Shown: positions 25,765 through 35,315 of the stretch, piece by piece | Position numbering within the stretch: the first letter of the stretch is position 1 | Layout: each line of letters begins with the position of its first letter | DNA from: Methanomicrobiales archaeon | GTDB lineage: Archaea; Halobacteriota; Methanomicrobia; Methanomicrobiales; Methanospirillaceae | Assembly: GCA_037137755.1 (NCBI GenBank) | Contig: JBAXJR010000020.1 | Location: forward strand, 1 to 40,532 | Direction: 5' to 3' | DNA: 40,532 bases | Notes under the pieces: model-generated | Seen by the model: only the letters and a program-made list of their open reading frames with translations | The model's database searches: none | Told to the model about the DNA's origin: nothing | Made by a program: the position numbers and the translations under genes

Positions 25765-27096
25765 ATGACAAGCAAGAAAGATGTTGACCAGATGCTCGAG
25801 CGTATCGATGCAGACCTTGTAAAGTTTGTACGCCTCCAGTTTACCGATGTGCAGGGGCAACCAAAGAATGCCGCAATACCTGTTGAACAGGTAGAGAAAG
25901 CTCTCACTGAGGGGATCTGGTTTGACGGTTCTTCCATAGAGGGCTTCACCCGCATTGAAGAATCAGATATGCTTTTAAAACCTGATACAGCGTCGTACAC
26001 CGTTCTCCCCTGGAGATCTAATGATACCCGTGTTGCACGGTTCGTCTGCGATGTATATACGTACGGGAACAAGCCATTCGAAGGAGACCCCCGGTATATC
26101 CTGAAAAAGACAATGGATGAAGCCGCAAAGATGGGTTTCTCCTTCAACACAGGTCCTGAACTTGAATTTTTCCTGTTCAACATGGTGGATGGAAAACCAT
26201 CAACACAGTTCTCTGACCAGGGCTGTTATTTCGATCTTGCCCCGAATGACAAGGGGGAGAACGTCCGCAGGGAGATCGTGATGGCACTCACCGAGATGGG
26301 ATTTGAGATTGAGATGTCCCACCATGAAGTAGCTGCAAGTCAGCACGAGATCAATTTCAAGTACCGGGACGCGGTCACCACCGCCGATCAGATCATGACC
26401 CAGAAATTTGCAACAAAGGCTATTGCGCTGAAACATGGCCTCCATGCGTCATTTATGGCAAAGCCAATAGGTGGAATCAATGGCAGCGGTATGCATACTC
26501 ACGGGTCGCTTTCAAAAGACGGAAAGAATTCATTCTTCGATCCAAAAGCCCCGAAACAACTGAGTGATATCGCCCTCTATTATATCGGTGGGCTTCTCAA
26601 ACACGCGAAGGCCATTACCAGGGTTGCAAATCCGACGATTAATTCGTATAAACGGCTTGTCCCCGGATACGAAGCACCATGTTACATCACTTGGAGCGAC
26701 GCGAACCGGTCGGCACTCGTGAGGGTTCCTGCCGCCCGTGGCAATGGTACACGTGCAGAATTCCGCAGCCCCGACCCGATGTGCAACCCCTACCTCATGT
26801 TTGCCTGCATGCTGGCCGCAGGCCTCGATGGCGTCAGGAATAAAACCATGCCCCCTGAAGCCACAGACAAGAACATTTACCACCTTACTGCAGCGGAACG
26901 GGACAAAATGGGTATTGAAATGCTCCCGGGAAGCCTCACGGAGTCACACGACTACCTGATGAAGGATAAAGTGCTCACAAAAACTCTCGGTGGGCATATA
27001 ATGGACAGTCTGACCTGCACCGCACAGATGGAATCTGATGCATTCCGTCTCGCAGTCCACCCATGGGAACTCGAGCGCTACCTGGCGAACTATTAA
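25765..27096 (+). CDS. glnA: Glutamine synthetase type I-alpha
   Basis: FDGSSIEGF..IEESDM, GPELEFFLF, HHEVAASQHEINF, FMAKP..GINGSGMHTH, NSYKRLVPGYEAP, NRSALVRVP, EFRSPDP. TATAAATA at 25734-25741 suggests a leaderless transcript. Confidence 0.97.
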   Translation: MTSKKDVDQMLERIDADLVKFVRLQFTDVQGQPKNAAIPVEQVEKALTEGIWFDGSSIEGFTRIEESDMLLKPDTASYTVLPWRSNDTRVARFVCDVYTYGNKPFEGDPRYILKKTMDEAAKMGFSFNTGPELEFFLFNMVDGKPSTQFSDQGCYFDLAPNDKGENVRREIVMALTEMGFEIEMSHHEVAASQHEINFKYRDAVTTADQIMTQKFATKAIALKHGLHASFMAKPIGGINGSGMHTHGSLSKDGKNSFFDPKAPKQLSDIALYYIGGLLKHAKAITRVANPTINSYKRLVPGYEAPCYITWSDANRSALVRVPAARGNGTRAEFRSPDPMCNPYLMFACMLAAGLDGVRNKTMPPEATDKNIYHLTAAERDKMGIEMLPGSLTESHDYLMKDKVLTKTLGGHIMDSLTCTAQMESDAFRLAVHPWELERYLANY

Positions 27097-27192
27097 TTTT
27101 TTTTAATTCGTCGGAATAGAAAAATATACATAGTCTGGTAAATAGGATCCTTCCATAGGTAAAAACTAGTCAATCAAAAACCGGAACGACCC

Positions 27193-27516
27193 ATGAAACA
27201 ACATGGCCATAGTGCTGAAGAATATCATGTCCCTGAAACAGGAGGGGGAAATGTACCTCTTCTGGATCAATTATCGATTGATAATGGAACCTGGCTTGAA
27301 ATGGAACATACTAAGGGCGCATATATCATCCCCCATGAGCCCTGTAAAAGATGCCTTGTTTCGCTACATGTTACCCTGGATGATTTTGAACATGGATGCG
27401 ACCTCTCCCAGGTATTGCAAAAATCGTCCGAACCAATGCCTGAGGCACCGGGACCAGAAGAAATGACTGTGAATATTGTTCCCAGCAGAGACAAATTTCG
27501 CAGAATATTCAGGTGA
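27193..27516 (+). CDS. Hypothetical acidic protein (107 aa) ahead of amt
   Basis: Fills the glnA-amt gap, and its TGA lies inside the amt Shine-Dalgarno (AGGTGA). No recognisable family. Confidence 0.45.
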   Translation: MKQHGHSAEEYHVPETGGGNVPLLDQLSIDNGTWLEMEHTKGAYIIPHEPCKRCLVSLHVTLDDFEHGCDLSQVLQKSSEPMPEAPGPEEMTVNIVPSRDKFRRIFR

Positions 27517-27524
27517 TGATATAC

Positions 27525-28727
27525 ATGGCAATTGACAGCGGAGATACCGCCTGGCTCCTCGCATCAACCGCCTTAGTGATGTTGATGACACCAGGTGTCG
27601 GGCTCTTTTATGGAGGTCTTGTTCGTAAGAAGAATTTCATCTCCATGGTCGCGATGTCTTTCGTGGCGTTTGCGCTGGTGAGTATCCAGTGGATTATTAT
27701 TGGGTATTCAATCGCGTTTGGCGGAGATGTATCAGGGGCCATGGGAAATCTTACCCTGGTAGGACTTGAAGGAGTGGGGATGGACCCTGGCCCCTATAGC
27801 GTTGCAATTCCCGGGCTCCTCTTCATGGCATACCAGTTGATGTTTGCCGCTGTTACCATGGCAATCGTAACATCTGGTATGGCGGAGCGGGTCAAATTGA
27901 GCTCGTTCATCCTGTTTGCACTTCTCTGGACTACACTGGTATATGACCCTGTTGCACACTGGGTCTGGGGAGGGGGATGGCTGAGCTCACTTGGATTCCT
28001 CGATTTTGCAGGTGGTTCAGTTGTCCATATTACTGCAGGATTTTCAGCTCTCGCCATTGCAATAGTAATCGGCAAACGAGCGGGGTTCGGGACCTACGCA
28101 ATGGAAGCTCACAATATTCCCATGACCCTCCTTGGTGCCGGACTGTTATGGTTCGGCTGGTTTGGTTTTAACGGGGGGAGCACGCTAGCAGCGAACGGGC
28201 TCGCAGTTAATGCACTGGTGGTCACTAATACTTCAGCCGCTGCCGGGGCACTCGCATGGCTGTTTGCATCGTGGATCACTGGTCATCCCAGTTCTCTTGG
28301 AATGGTGAGCGGGGCAATTGCAGGCCTAGGTGCAATTACACCCTGCGCAGGATATGTAGGACCTTTGGTCTCGATCCTGATTGGAGCAGTTGCAGGGATC
28401 CTATGTTACCGGACAATGCTCTGGCGTATCGACAAGGGTATGGATGAAAGCCTTGATGCCTGGTCAGTCCATGGGATAGGAGGACTCTGGGGAACAATTG
28501 CAGTCGGTATTTTTGCATCCGCTGCGATCAACAGTTATACGGGCCTGATCTATGGAAATGTCTACCAGTTTCTCATCCAGGTAGGTGGCGCCCTGTTCAT
28601 TATGGTCTACTCATTTAGCCTGACTTGGGTATTGGCAAAGGTTATTGATAAGTACCTGGGTCTGCGGGTGACTGAGGAAGAAGAGTATGTAGGACTGGAT
28701 CTATCCCAGCACGGGGAACGTGCATAA
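27525..28727 (+). CDS. amtB: Ammonium transporter, copy 1
   Basis: [52 protein letters not shown]. Start set at ATG 27525 by comparison with copy 2. Confidence 0.96.
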   Translation: MAIDSGDTAWLLASTALVMLMTPGVGLFYGGLVRKKNFISMVAMSFVAFALVSIQWIIIGYSIAFGGDVSGAMGNLTLVGLEGVGMDPGPYSVAIPGLLFMAYQLMFAAVTMAIVTSGMAERVKLSSFILFALLWTTLVYDPVAHWVWGGGWLSSLGFLDFAGGSVVHITAGFSALAIAIVIGKRAGFGTYAMEAHNIPMTLLGAGLLWFGWFGFNGGSTLAANGLAVNALVVTNTSAAAGALAWLFASWITGHPSSLGMVSGAIAGLGAITPCAGYVGPLVSILIGAVAGILCYRTMLWRIDKGMDESLDAWSVHGIGGLWGTIAVGIFASAAINSYTGLIYGNVYQFLIQVGGALFIMVYSFSLTWVLAKVIDKYLGLRVTEEEEYVGLDLSQHGERA

Positions 28728-28747
28728 TCTGTGATGGAGGTGATGAT

Positions 28748-29077
28748 ATGAAGATGATAAAAGCAATTATCCGCCCTGAACGCATTGATTTCGTTAAAAA
28801 AGCCCTAGAAAATCATGGATATTATGGTATGACAATTACCGAAGTAATGGGACGTGGAGACCAGAAGGGTATCACGCTGCAGTTCCGGGGGGGTACAATG
28901 GCCATCGATCTCCTCCCCAAAACATCGATTGAAGTGGTTATCAAGGATGAACATGCTGAAACGGTTATCAGCCTGATACAGCAGGCAGCAAAAACAGGAA
29001 AAATGGGTGATGGTAAAATATTCCAGTTACCCGTGGAAAAAATGGTCCGCGTGCGGACAGATGAAGTGGAGGTTTGA
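28748..29077 (+). CDS. glnK: PII nitrogen regulator, copy 1
   Basis: MKMIKAIIRP, GMTITEVMGRGDQKG, DLLPK, TGKMGDGKIF, RVRT; GGAGGTGA RBS. Confidence 0.95.
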   Translation: MKMIKAIIRPERIDFVKKALENHGYYGMTITEVMGRGDQKGITLQFRGGTMAIDLLPKTSIEVVIKDEHAETVISLIQQAAKTGKMGDGKIFQLPVEKMVRVRTDEVEV

Positions 29078-29109
29078 TATGTAACCCATATCATCCTCCC
29101 AAACTCTCT

Positions 29110-29167
29110 CGTGTAGCGCTCTCTACACGCATAAATCCTGGGATTAGACTCCAACTATCCCAGGATT
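29110..29167 (+). terminator. Two tandem hairpins after glnK (terminator or stability element)
   Basis: CGTGTAG/CTACACG (29110-29129) and AATCCTGGGAT/ATCCCAGGATT (29134-29167), followed by T-rich sequence. Confidence 0.55.
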
Positions 29168-29362
29168 AATTCTGTTTTACTTTATCTGTTAAAAATGTGG
29201 CGAAATACTAAAAATGAGTTCCAGCGAGTCGCAAGAAAATAGCGATGATTTTTAATTGGTATCCTCGCAGGAAAGTAGTGGATATATCTTATTGGGGGTA
29301 GGGAGGTAGGAGAACGCCATCCTGTCGACGTATTCCCTTTTTTTAAAAAAAAACCTCAAGAA

Positions 29363-29722
29363 CCAAGAGGGCTTCGCACCAAAGCGATGAAAATTTGAAA
29401 GGCCAACTGCTCACATTCTTCGCGTTGTGGGATTCAAAATTTCCAATGAAAGTGTCACTGAAATTTTCATCCTGTATGCTTGTGGCCCTTTGGCATCATA
29501 TCCGTTTTCATGATAACCGCCGATGACCGCCCTGCGGTCGAGCATAAAACATGAAAATAATATGCAGCCAAAGATATTTTCGAGGATGGGTAAGTCAAGG
29601 CGGGTCATTTTTTGAGACTGAGATCTCCAATGATAACATAGCCAATTCATTCTCGAGAGCATAAATGCAGATGTAACTGCGAATTGGAAATTGTCCTACG
29701 AGAAATCACTACTTACCCATCC
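29363..29722 (+). ncRNA. Candidate IS110 bridge-RNA-like structured RNA
   Basis: Three consecutive stem domains: 29386-96/29461-71; 29488-94/29567-73 enclosing 29505-12/29550-57 and 29525-30/29534-39; 29584-95/29711-22. TATA-like TTTAAAAA at about 29342. Confidence 0.6.
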
Positions 29723-29732
29723 CGGAGGTCAT

Positions 29733-30959
29733 ATGCAACCCCAAAAGAGTACTGCTTGTGGCATAGATATACATAAGGACTTCTTTGTTGCAGCCATAAT
29801 GAGCCGCGATGGTTCCACCAAGATCGAAAAGTTCGATCATACCCAGGAAGGATTATTATTGCTTAAATCATGGGTTTTGGCAGAAGATTGTTCAACAGTA
29901 GCGATGGAATCCACCGGGAGCTATTGGCGTCCCCTTTACCTCACACTTGAAGGATATGTAGAACTCATTCTCTCAAACGCCTATGTAATCAAGCGAATTC
30001 CCGGACGTAAAACTGATATTATTGATGCTCAATGGATTGCAGAATTGGCATTGAATGGACTACTCACTCCATCCCGTGTGTTCCCGAAAGATGTTCGAGA
30101 GATCCGGGAGCTGACACGGGCTAGGGAAAGACTGGTCGACCAACGCACGGGATGCAAAGCTATTGTTCACGACGTCTTTGATGCAGCCTGCATCAAACTC
30201 TCCTCGGTTATTACGGATATCTTCGGAAAATCAGGGCGATATCTTATCCATGGTCTTCTCCAGGGTAAAACCATTGATGAACTTATTGAAGGAATACCCT
30301 CAAAAAGGGTTCAATACAAAGAAAAATTGCTTAAAAATGCGATTAAATCGGCTTTAAGTACAAGCCAGGTCATTGTCATCGAACAGAACCTCCGGTTGAT
30401 CGATCAGATAACTGAGCCGGTAACCCAGATTGACGATGAAATCATCGGTCGTATGAAGAACAGGGAAGATGATGTCCAGATAGCGATGTCACTTCCAGGA
30501 ATTGGCATCACCGCCGCGGTTACAATTCTTGCTGAATTGGGCGATTATCATGATTTTAAATCCACTGATTCTCTCGCATCATGGGCAGGAATGGTCCCTT
30601 CGGTTTTCCAGTCCGCCAATAAACTCAGGACAGGATCTATCACAAAGCATGGATCAAAACATCTCAGGAGAATCCTTACTGAGGCGGCTCAGGCAGCCGC
30701 TAGAACAAAAGATACTCGCTTTAGTGCATTCTTGCAAGGAAGATCCTTTGCATTCTCTGGCATCTCCTGATTAACCGGGAATTCTATATTGACACACAGA
30801 AGACCAGACCTAGAAACCAAAGTGTAAGACCAAAAACAGTTAATCCAAAATCCATTGAACGTTCAATTGAAATCCTTGTGAAAAGCTGGATATTGTGTCC
30901 AAAAATCAGATATCCTCATGAACAGGCGACGATTTCAGGGGGCTGCAGATCCTCCCTGA
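29733..30959 (+). pseudogene. IS110 recombinase/transposase, disrupted near the C-terminus
   Basis: GGAGG then ATG 29733; CGIDIHK, MESTGSYW, GRKTDIIDAQWIA (DEDD), PGIG, QSA...GSITKHG..HLR. The frame stops at 30770, but the conserved tail LARKILCILWHLLINREFY resumes in another frame at 30731. Confidence 0.85.
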
Positions 30960-31115
30960 AGTATATTTTCATTTGAAAATAACCTTGTATCAGAGAATTA
31001 CGGATAGTATGTTTAATATAAGTAAACCTAATCGCGCGATTTTCTTACTATCCGGATAAAAATTTCTCATTTATCAGGTTTAAATTTCTGAATAATAGAT
31101 ATATTTTTAATAGAT

Positions 31116-31129
31116 AGAAACTAACTTCC
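31116..31129. promoter_or_regulatory. NrpR-type operator (one mismatch) at the amt copy 2 promoter
   Basis: AGAAACTAACTTCC a few nt downstream of TATA-like TTTTTAAT (31104-31111). Confidence 0.65.
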
Positions 31130-31321
31130 TTCTATCAGAGGAGAGTACAAGTCAAACCATGATACCCCAGATAAGGGTAAGTATCAGGACATTCACATCT
31201 CCAGCCCATCCTCTGATAAACCCTCATTCAAGAATTTGAAGCAGATCAATTTAATTCCTGGCAGAAAAGTAAAATTAAATTATGGACGTTACATTTCGTT
31301 CAACAGGATGGTGAAAATTAC

Positions 31322-32530
31322 ATGGCAATCGATACGGGAACAACGGCCTGGCTCCTTGCAGCCACGGCACTGGTAATGCTCATGACACCCGGGGTAGGAT
31401 TCTTCTACGGCGGGCTGGTACGTAAGAAAAATTTTATCTCGATGATTGCATTGGCATTCATCGCGTTTGCACTCGTCAGTATCCAGTGGGTACTAATTGG
31501 ATATACCCTGGTATTCGGCGGGGACACAGGGGGTTTCATTGGTAATCTTTCAAATATGGGTCTCGAAGGAGTGGGGATGGAAGCCGGTCCATATAGTCCT
31601 GCAATTCCTGGATTACTCTACATGATCTTCCAGCTAACCTTTGCAACAGTAACGATGGCCATTATAACCTCAGGACTTGCTGAGCGGGTAAAACTCTCGT
31701 CATTCATTGTGTTCGCGCTACTGTGGACCACGCTCGTGTACGATCCTCTCGCACACTGGGTTTGGGGCGGTGGATGGGCACAACAGATGGGTGCACTTGA
31801 TTTCGCCGGAGGTACTGTGGTGCATATCAGTTCAGGTTTCGGGGCACTGGCAATTGCCCTTGTAATCGGCGCCCGTTCAGGTTACGGCAAGTACATGATG
31901 GAACCGCATAACATACCGATGACCCTGCTCGGAGCTGCGTTACTCTGGTTCGGCTGGTTCGGGTTCAATGCCGGAAGTGCAATTGCCGCCAATGGTCTTG
32001 CAGCGAATGCATTTGTCGTCACGAACACGGCAGCCGCTGCAGGTGCCCTGGCCTGGATGTTTGCAAGTTGGTACCATGGGAAACCAAGTTCTCTTGGGAT
32101 GGTATCTGGCGCAATCGCGGGTCTTGTCGCAATTACTCCGGCATCAGGGTATGTAACACCAATGGCGTCCATCGCAATTGGTGCCTTTGCAGGCCTCTTA
32201 TGTTACGGCGCGATGCTCTTCCGTATGCGGAAAGGACTCGACGAAAGTTGTGATGCATGGGCAGTCCACGGTATGGGTGGCCTCTGGGGAGCGCTCGCAA
32301 CGGGCATCTTTGCAGCAGCCGCGGTGAACGGGTGCTCCGGTCTCCTGGAAGGAAACACACACCAGTTTGTAGTAAATGCGATTGCTGCCTTTGCTGCACT
32401 GATATATGCGTTCGGAGTTACGTATATCCTTGCGTGGGCCGTAGACAAATTCATGGGACTGCGTGTATCTGAAAATGAAGAATATGTGGGACTGGATATA
32501 TCCCAGCACGGTGAACGTATCAATATATGA
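31322..32530 (+). CDS. amtB: Ammonium transporter, copy 2
   Basis: [48 protein letters not shown]; GGTGA RBS. Confidence 0.96.
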   Translation: MAIDTGTTAWLLAATALVMLMTPGVGFFYGGLVRKKNFISMIALAFIAFALVSIQWVLIGYTLVFGGDTGGFIGNLSNMGLEGVGMEAGPYSPAIPGLLYMIFQLTFATVTMAIITSGLAERVKLSSFIVFALLWTTLVYDPLAHWVWGGGWAQQMGALDFAGGTVVHISSGFGALAIALVIGARSGYGKYMMEPHNIPMTLLGAALLWFGWFGFNAGSAIAANGLAANAFVVTNTAAAAGALAWMFASWYHGKPSSLGMVSGAIAGLVAITPASGYVTPMASIAIGAFAGLLCYGAMLFRMRKGLDESCDAWAVHGMGGLWGALATGIFAAAAVNGCSGLLEGNTHQFVVNAIAAFAALIYAFGVTYILAWAVDKFMGLRVSENEEYVGLDISQHGERINI

Positions 32531-32540
32531 GGTGAACCAG

Positions 32541-32870
32541 ATGCAAAAAATCGAAGCAATAATAAAACCAGAGCGGTTTGAATTCGTGAAAAGAGCACTT
32601 GAGGAGAATAAAATATACGGACTTACCGTTTCAGAGGTGGAAGGGCGTGGAGACCAAAAAGGGATCGTACTCCAGTACCGCGGGGGGGAGATAACCGTAG
32701 ACCTCATTCCAAAATGTAAGGTGGAAGTAGTGGTCAAAGACAAAGACCTCCAAATGATCCTGGACCTCATAATTAGTGCTGCACGGACAGGAAAAATCGG
32801 TGACGGGAGAATATTCGTATCCCCTGTCACAAAATCTATCCGTGTACGGACAGGGGAAATTGAAGAATGA
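32541..32870 (+). CDS. glnK: PII nitrogen regulator, copy 2
   Basis: GAGGTGA then ATG 32541: MQKIEAIIKP, EVEGRGDQKG, YRG...DLIPK, TGKIGDGRIFV, RVRTGE. Confidence 0.95.
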   Translation: MQKIEAIIKPERFEFVKRALEENKIYGLTVSEVEGRGDQKGIVLQYRGGEITVDLIPKCKVEVVVKDKDLQMILDLIISAARTGKIGDGRIFVSPVTKSIRVRTGEIEE

Positions 32871-33075
32871 GTTCAATTCTCTTTTTTAAAATACTTGTAA
32901 ATTAGCGTTTATTTTAATTTCCATCATATATGAAGCAATAAAACGGTCTTCCGCTCACTTCTTGCATTGAGAGTCCTTTTTTCACATGATCCTCTTTTGG
33001 GTTGACGTCTGACTTTCGCATTTTCCGGATAATTTCAATACATTAATCTCCGAATACCAGACTAAATTCTGTACT

Positions 33076-33591
33076 TTGCAATTAAGCAGGATAAATAATG
33101 CCAACGAAGGGACTTCGCACTCGATTGCAGTAGTTCTAATGGTTGCAATCACGATTCTCCTCGCATTGCTGGTCTATCTTATGTTTCAGATGCCAAATAT
33201 GGAAATGTACAAAACACCATCATTCCTCGAGATTAAAACGGTATATAGCACAAATGAAGCGGGCATTATGAATTATGACAGCAGGGTACTCCTCTACCAC
33301 CATGGCACGGAACGACTGGAAAATGATCACCTCAAGGCATCATTTTATAGAAATGAACAGAAGCTGGATTGCCGTATCAGCACCATGAACGGCCATAACT
33401 TCATTCCGACAGTCCACATCGGAATTCAGACAATGGGGGGCTCAGGATGTACCGGGACATGGTGGGAGCCTGGTGAGCAAATTATGATAGATTTTAACGA
33501 TGGCACCTTTCACCCGGGAGACACCATCAGGTTTGAAGTATATCAAAAGCAATCGGGCACGCTTATTTCAAGTTATATCCATATCGCATAA
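33076..33591 (+). CDS. Archaeal type IV pilin-like protein (DUF1628/Pilin_N)
   Basis: Class III signal-like NEG/TSHSIAVVLMVAITILLA, then HHGTERL, WEPGE, GDTIRFEV. Confidence 0.8.
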   Translation: MQLSRINNANEGTSHSIAVVLMVAITILLALLVYLMFQMPNMEMYKTPSFLEIKTVYSTNEAGIMNYDSRVLLYHHGTERLENDHLKASFYRNEQKLDCRISTMNGHNFIPTVHIGIQTMGGSGCTGTWWEPGEQIMIDFNDGTFHPGDTIRFEVYQKQSGTLISSYIHIA

Positions 33592-34132
33592 ATGCCCGGG
33601 CATTCAATCTTGCCACCCTTACGGGCTCCGGGACTTTTCCATCGAGTGTGAAATCGTCACAAATCTTCGCAGCATCCGCATCTGTTATCCCCCATGAGCG
33701 GAGAAAAATTGTCCTGCCAGTTTTTAGTGCTACAGGAAATCGTTCACCAAGACTCATATACGTTGCAATACGGCCTGAATCTCCAGGAAAATGCTTTGTA
33801 ATATCATCCAGCAGACCTTCTGATGCCTCATAGGTAACACATATAACGGGCATGTTCAGTTCTCTATACAATTGTGATGGATCAATAATGTTATACCAGG
33901 AGATAACGCACCCACCAAGAAGCAGGACGTTTATATCACTTCGTTTAAGCTTTTTTACGAGGGATAGGATTGAATCTGTTGCGTCCGTGCCTCCGACCGT
34001 GACAGTACCATATCCGACACCATCTATCCGGAGGTCTTTTCTCATTGCGACACCGCAGATAACCGATTGCTCTCTCCCGGAATAGCTCTCGGCAATACCC
34101 AGTGCCCTGATCCCTTTTTTGGAGATCTGCAT
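33563..34132 (-). CDS. DUF99 (endonuclease V-like) protein
   Basis: RALGIAES, GVAMRKD..IDG, TVGGTDAT, GCVISWYNIID, KVPEPVRVARL. Confidence 0.85.
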   Translation of the reverse strand: MQISKKGIRALGIAESYSGREQSVICGVAMRKDLRIDGVGYGTVTVGGTDATDSILSLVKKLKRSDINVLLLGGCVISWYNIIDPSQLYRELNMPVICVTYEASEGLLDDITKHFPGDSGRIATYMSLGERFPVALKTGRTIFLRSWGITDADAAKICDDFTLDGKVPEPVRVARLNARAFMRYGYNLK

Positions 34133-34170
34133 GAAAGCACTTATGTCGATGAATCTAATATAGTAATTGA

Positions 34171-35091
34171 ATGAATATTGAAAAAGATAAGGTCTGCATC
34201 CTTATCCCGACGTTAAATGAGGCCACGACCATCAGGGACCTTATTATCGAATTCAAAGAGATGGGCTATTCCAATATCGTGGTCATGGACGGAAACAGCC
34301 GCGATGCAACACGGGAGATCGCCACGGAATCCGGCGCCCGGGTGATGGTCCAGTCTGAAAAGGGTAAGGGAAATGCGCTGATTGAAGCCTTCCGAAATAT
34401 TGATTCACCTTATATCCTGATGCTTGACGGAGATGGGACATATGCCCCGCAGGATGCAGAAATCATGCTTTCCCCGCTTCTCGAGGGGTACGATCAGGTG
34501 ATAGGAAACAGGCTGATACCTGATAACCAGCCTGCATTTTCACGGCTGAATTTATTTGGTAACCAGTTTATCAATCGTCTTTTCAAACTGGCACAGGGAA
34601 AATATTTATTCGATATCCTGTCAGGATACCGGGCTTTCACCAGTGAATCAATTAAACAGCTCCATCTCAAGGAAACGGGCTTTGAGATTGAGACCGAGAT
34701 ATCTGCAGAGGCAGTAAGAAATGACCAGAACATTAAAATTGTGCCAATCCGGTATTTTAAAAGGCCCGGAACCAACACCAAATTAAACCCATTCCACGAC
34801 GGCCTGAAAATTACGACTACAATATACCGGCTTGCAAAAAGTAACAACCCGATGTTTTATTTCGGTTTAATCGGGGTAATAATCATGATCGCCGGGATTA
34901 TTACCGGGACTTATGTCCTTTCCGAATGGTTCCGGGGGATTGATCACCTGCCACTTACAGTCCTTACCGTTTTGTTGGTAATAGTGGGATTCCAGATTTT
35001 CATGTTTGGCGTGATCAGTGATATGCTCCTTGGATATCATCGCGAGGTAATGTATGAATTACAGCAGATTAACTCACCAAAACGCCGTTAA
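34171..35091 (+). CDS. aglJ: GT2 glycosyltransferase, AglJ-type (S-layer N-glycosylation)
   Basis: ILIPTLNEA, VMDGNSRD, GKGNA, MLDGDGTY, DILSGYRAF, GFEIETE, TKLNPFHDG, two C-terminal TM helices. Confidence 0.85.
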   Translation: MNIEKDKVCILIPTLNEATTIRDLIIEFKEMGYSNIVVMDGNSRDATREIATESGARVMVQSEKGKGNALIEAFRNIDSPYILMLDGDGTYAPQDAEIMLSPLLEGYDQVIGNRLIPDNQPAFSRLNLFGNQFINRLFKLAQGKYLFDILSGYRAFTSESIKQLHLKETGFEIETEISAEAVRNDQNIKIVPIRYFKRPGTNTKLNPFHDGLKITTTIYRLAKSNNPMFYFGLIGVIIMIAGIITGTYVLSEWFRGIDHLPLTVLTVLLVIVGFQIFMFGVISDMLLGYHREVMYELQQINSPKRR

Positions 35092-35237
35092 ATATGTGAA
35101 ATGAACAATTTTATTTAATAGAGAACCGGCATTTTATTTTTTTGTATCCCTGACCTTAACTATCGGTACCAGGTACCGTGTAACCCGATAAAATAACCTT
35201 TATCAGTCCAAAAGACCAATACGGTAGTGAGATTATC

Positions 35238-35308
35238 GCGATAATAGTCTAGCGGTAGGACAGGAGCTTCCCAAGCTTCTAACCCGGGTTCGATCCCCGG
35301 TTATCGCA
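35238..35308 (+). tRNA. tRNA-Gly(CCC)
   Basis: GCGATAA...GGAGC-TTCCCAA-GCTTC...GGTTCGATCCC...TTATCGC-A cloverleaf; CCA not encoded. Confidence 0.95.
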
Positions 35309-35315
35309 TCTGTTT

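Larger units (their letters stand above)
29340..30972 (+). mobile_element. IS110-family insertion sequence (decayed; ends approximate)
   Basis: DEDD recombinase gene with a long structured upstream non-coding end, a short right end, and no terminal inverted repeats or target duplication seen, as expected for IS110. Confidence 0.85.

Noticed and set aside
27203-27466. Alternative 87-aa ORF in the glnA-amt gap
   Set aside because: Overlaps the 107-aa ORF and is not coupled to amt. At most one is likely real and neither is proven.
29411-29662. 83-aa minus-strand ORF in the IS110 left end
   Set aside because: No recognisable features; the dense base-pairing is better explained by a non-coding RNA.
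31130-31270. SAM-I riboswitch (TATCAGAG... and AATTCCTG.CAG resemblance)
   Set aside because: The core elements (kink-turn P2, GCAACC, GTGC) are absent, and the downstream gene does not fit.
28748-32870. Absence of the uridylylated Tyr51 in both GlnK T-loops
   Set aside because: Expected, since archaeal PII proteins are not known to be uridylylated.
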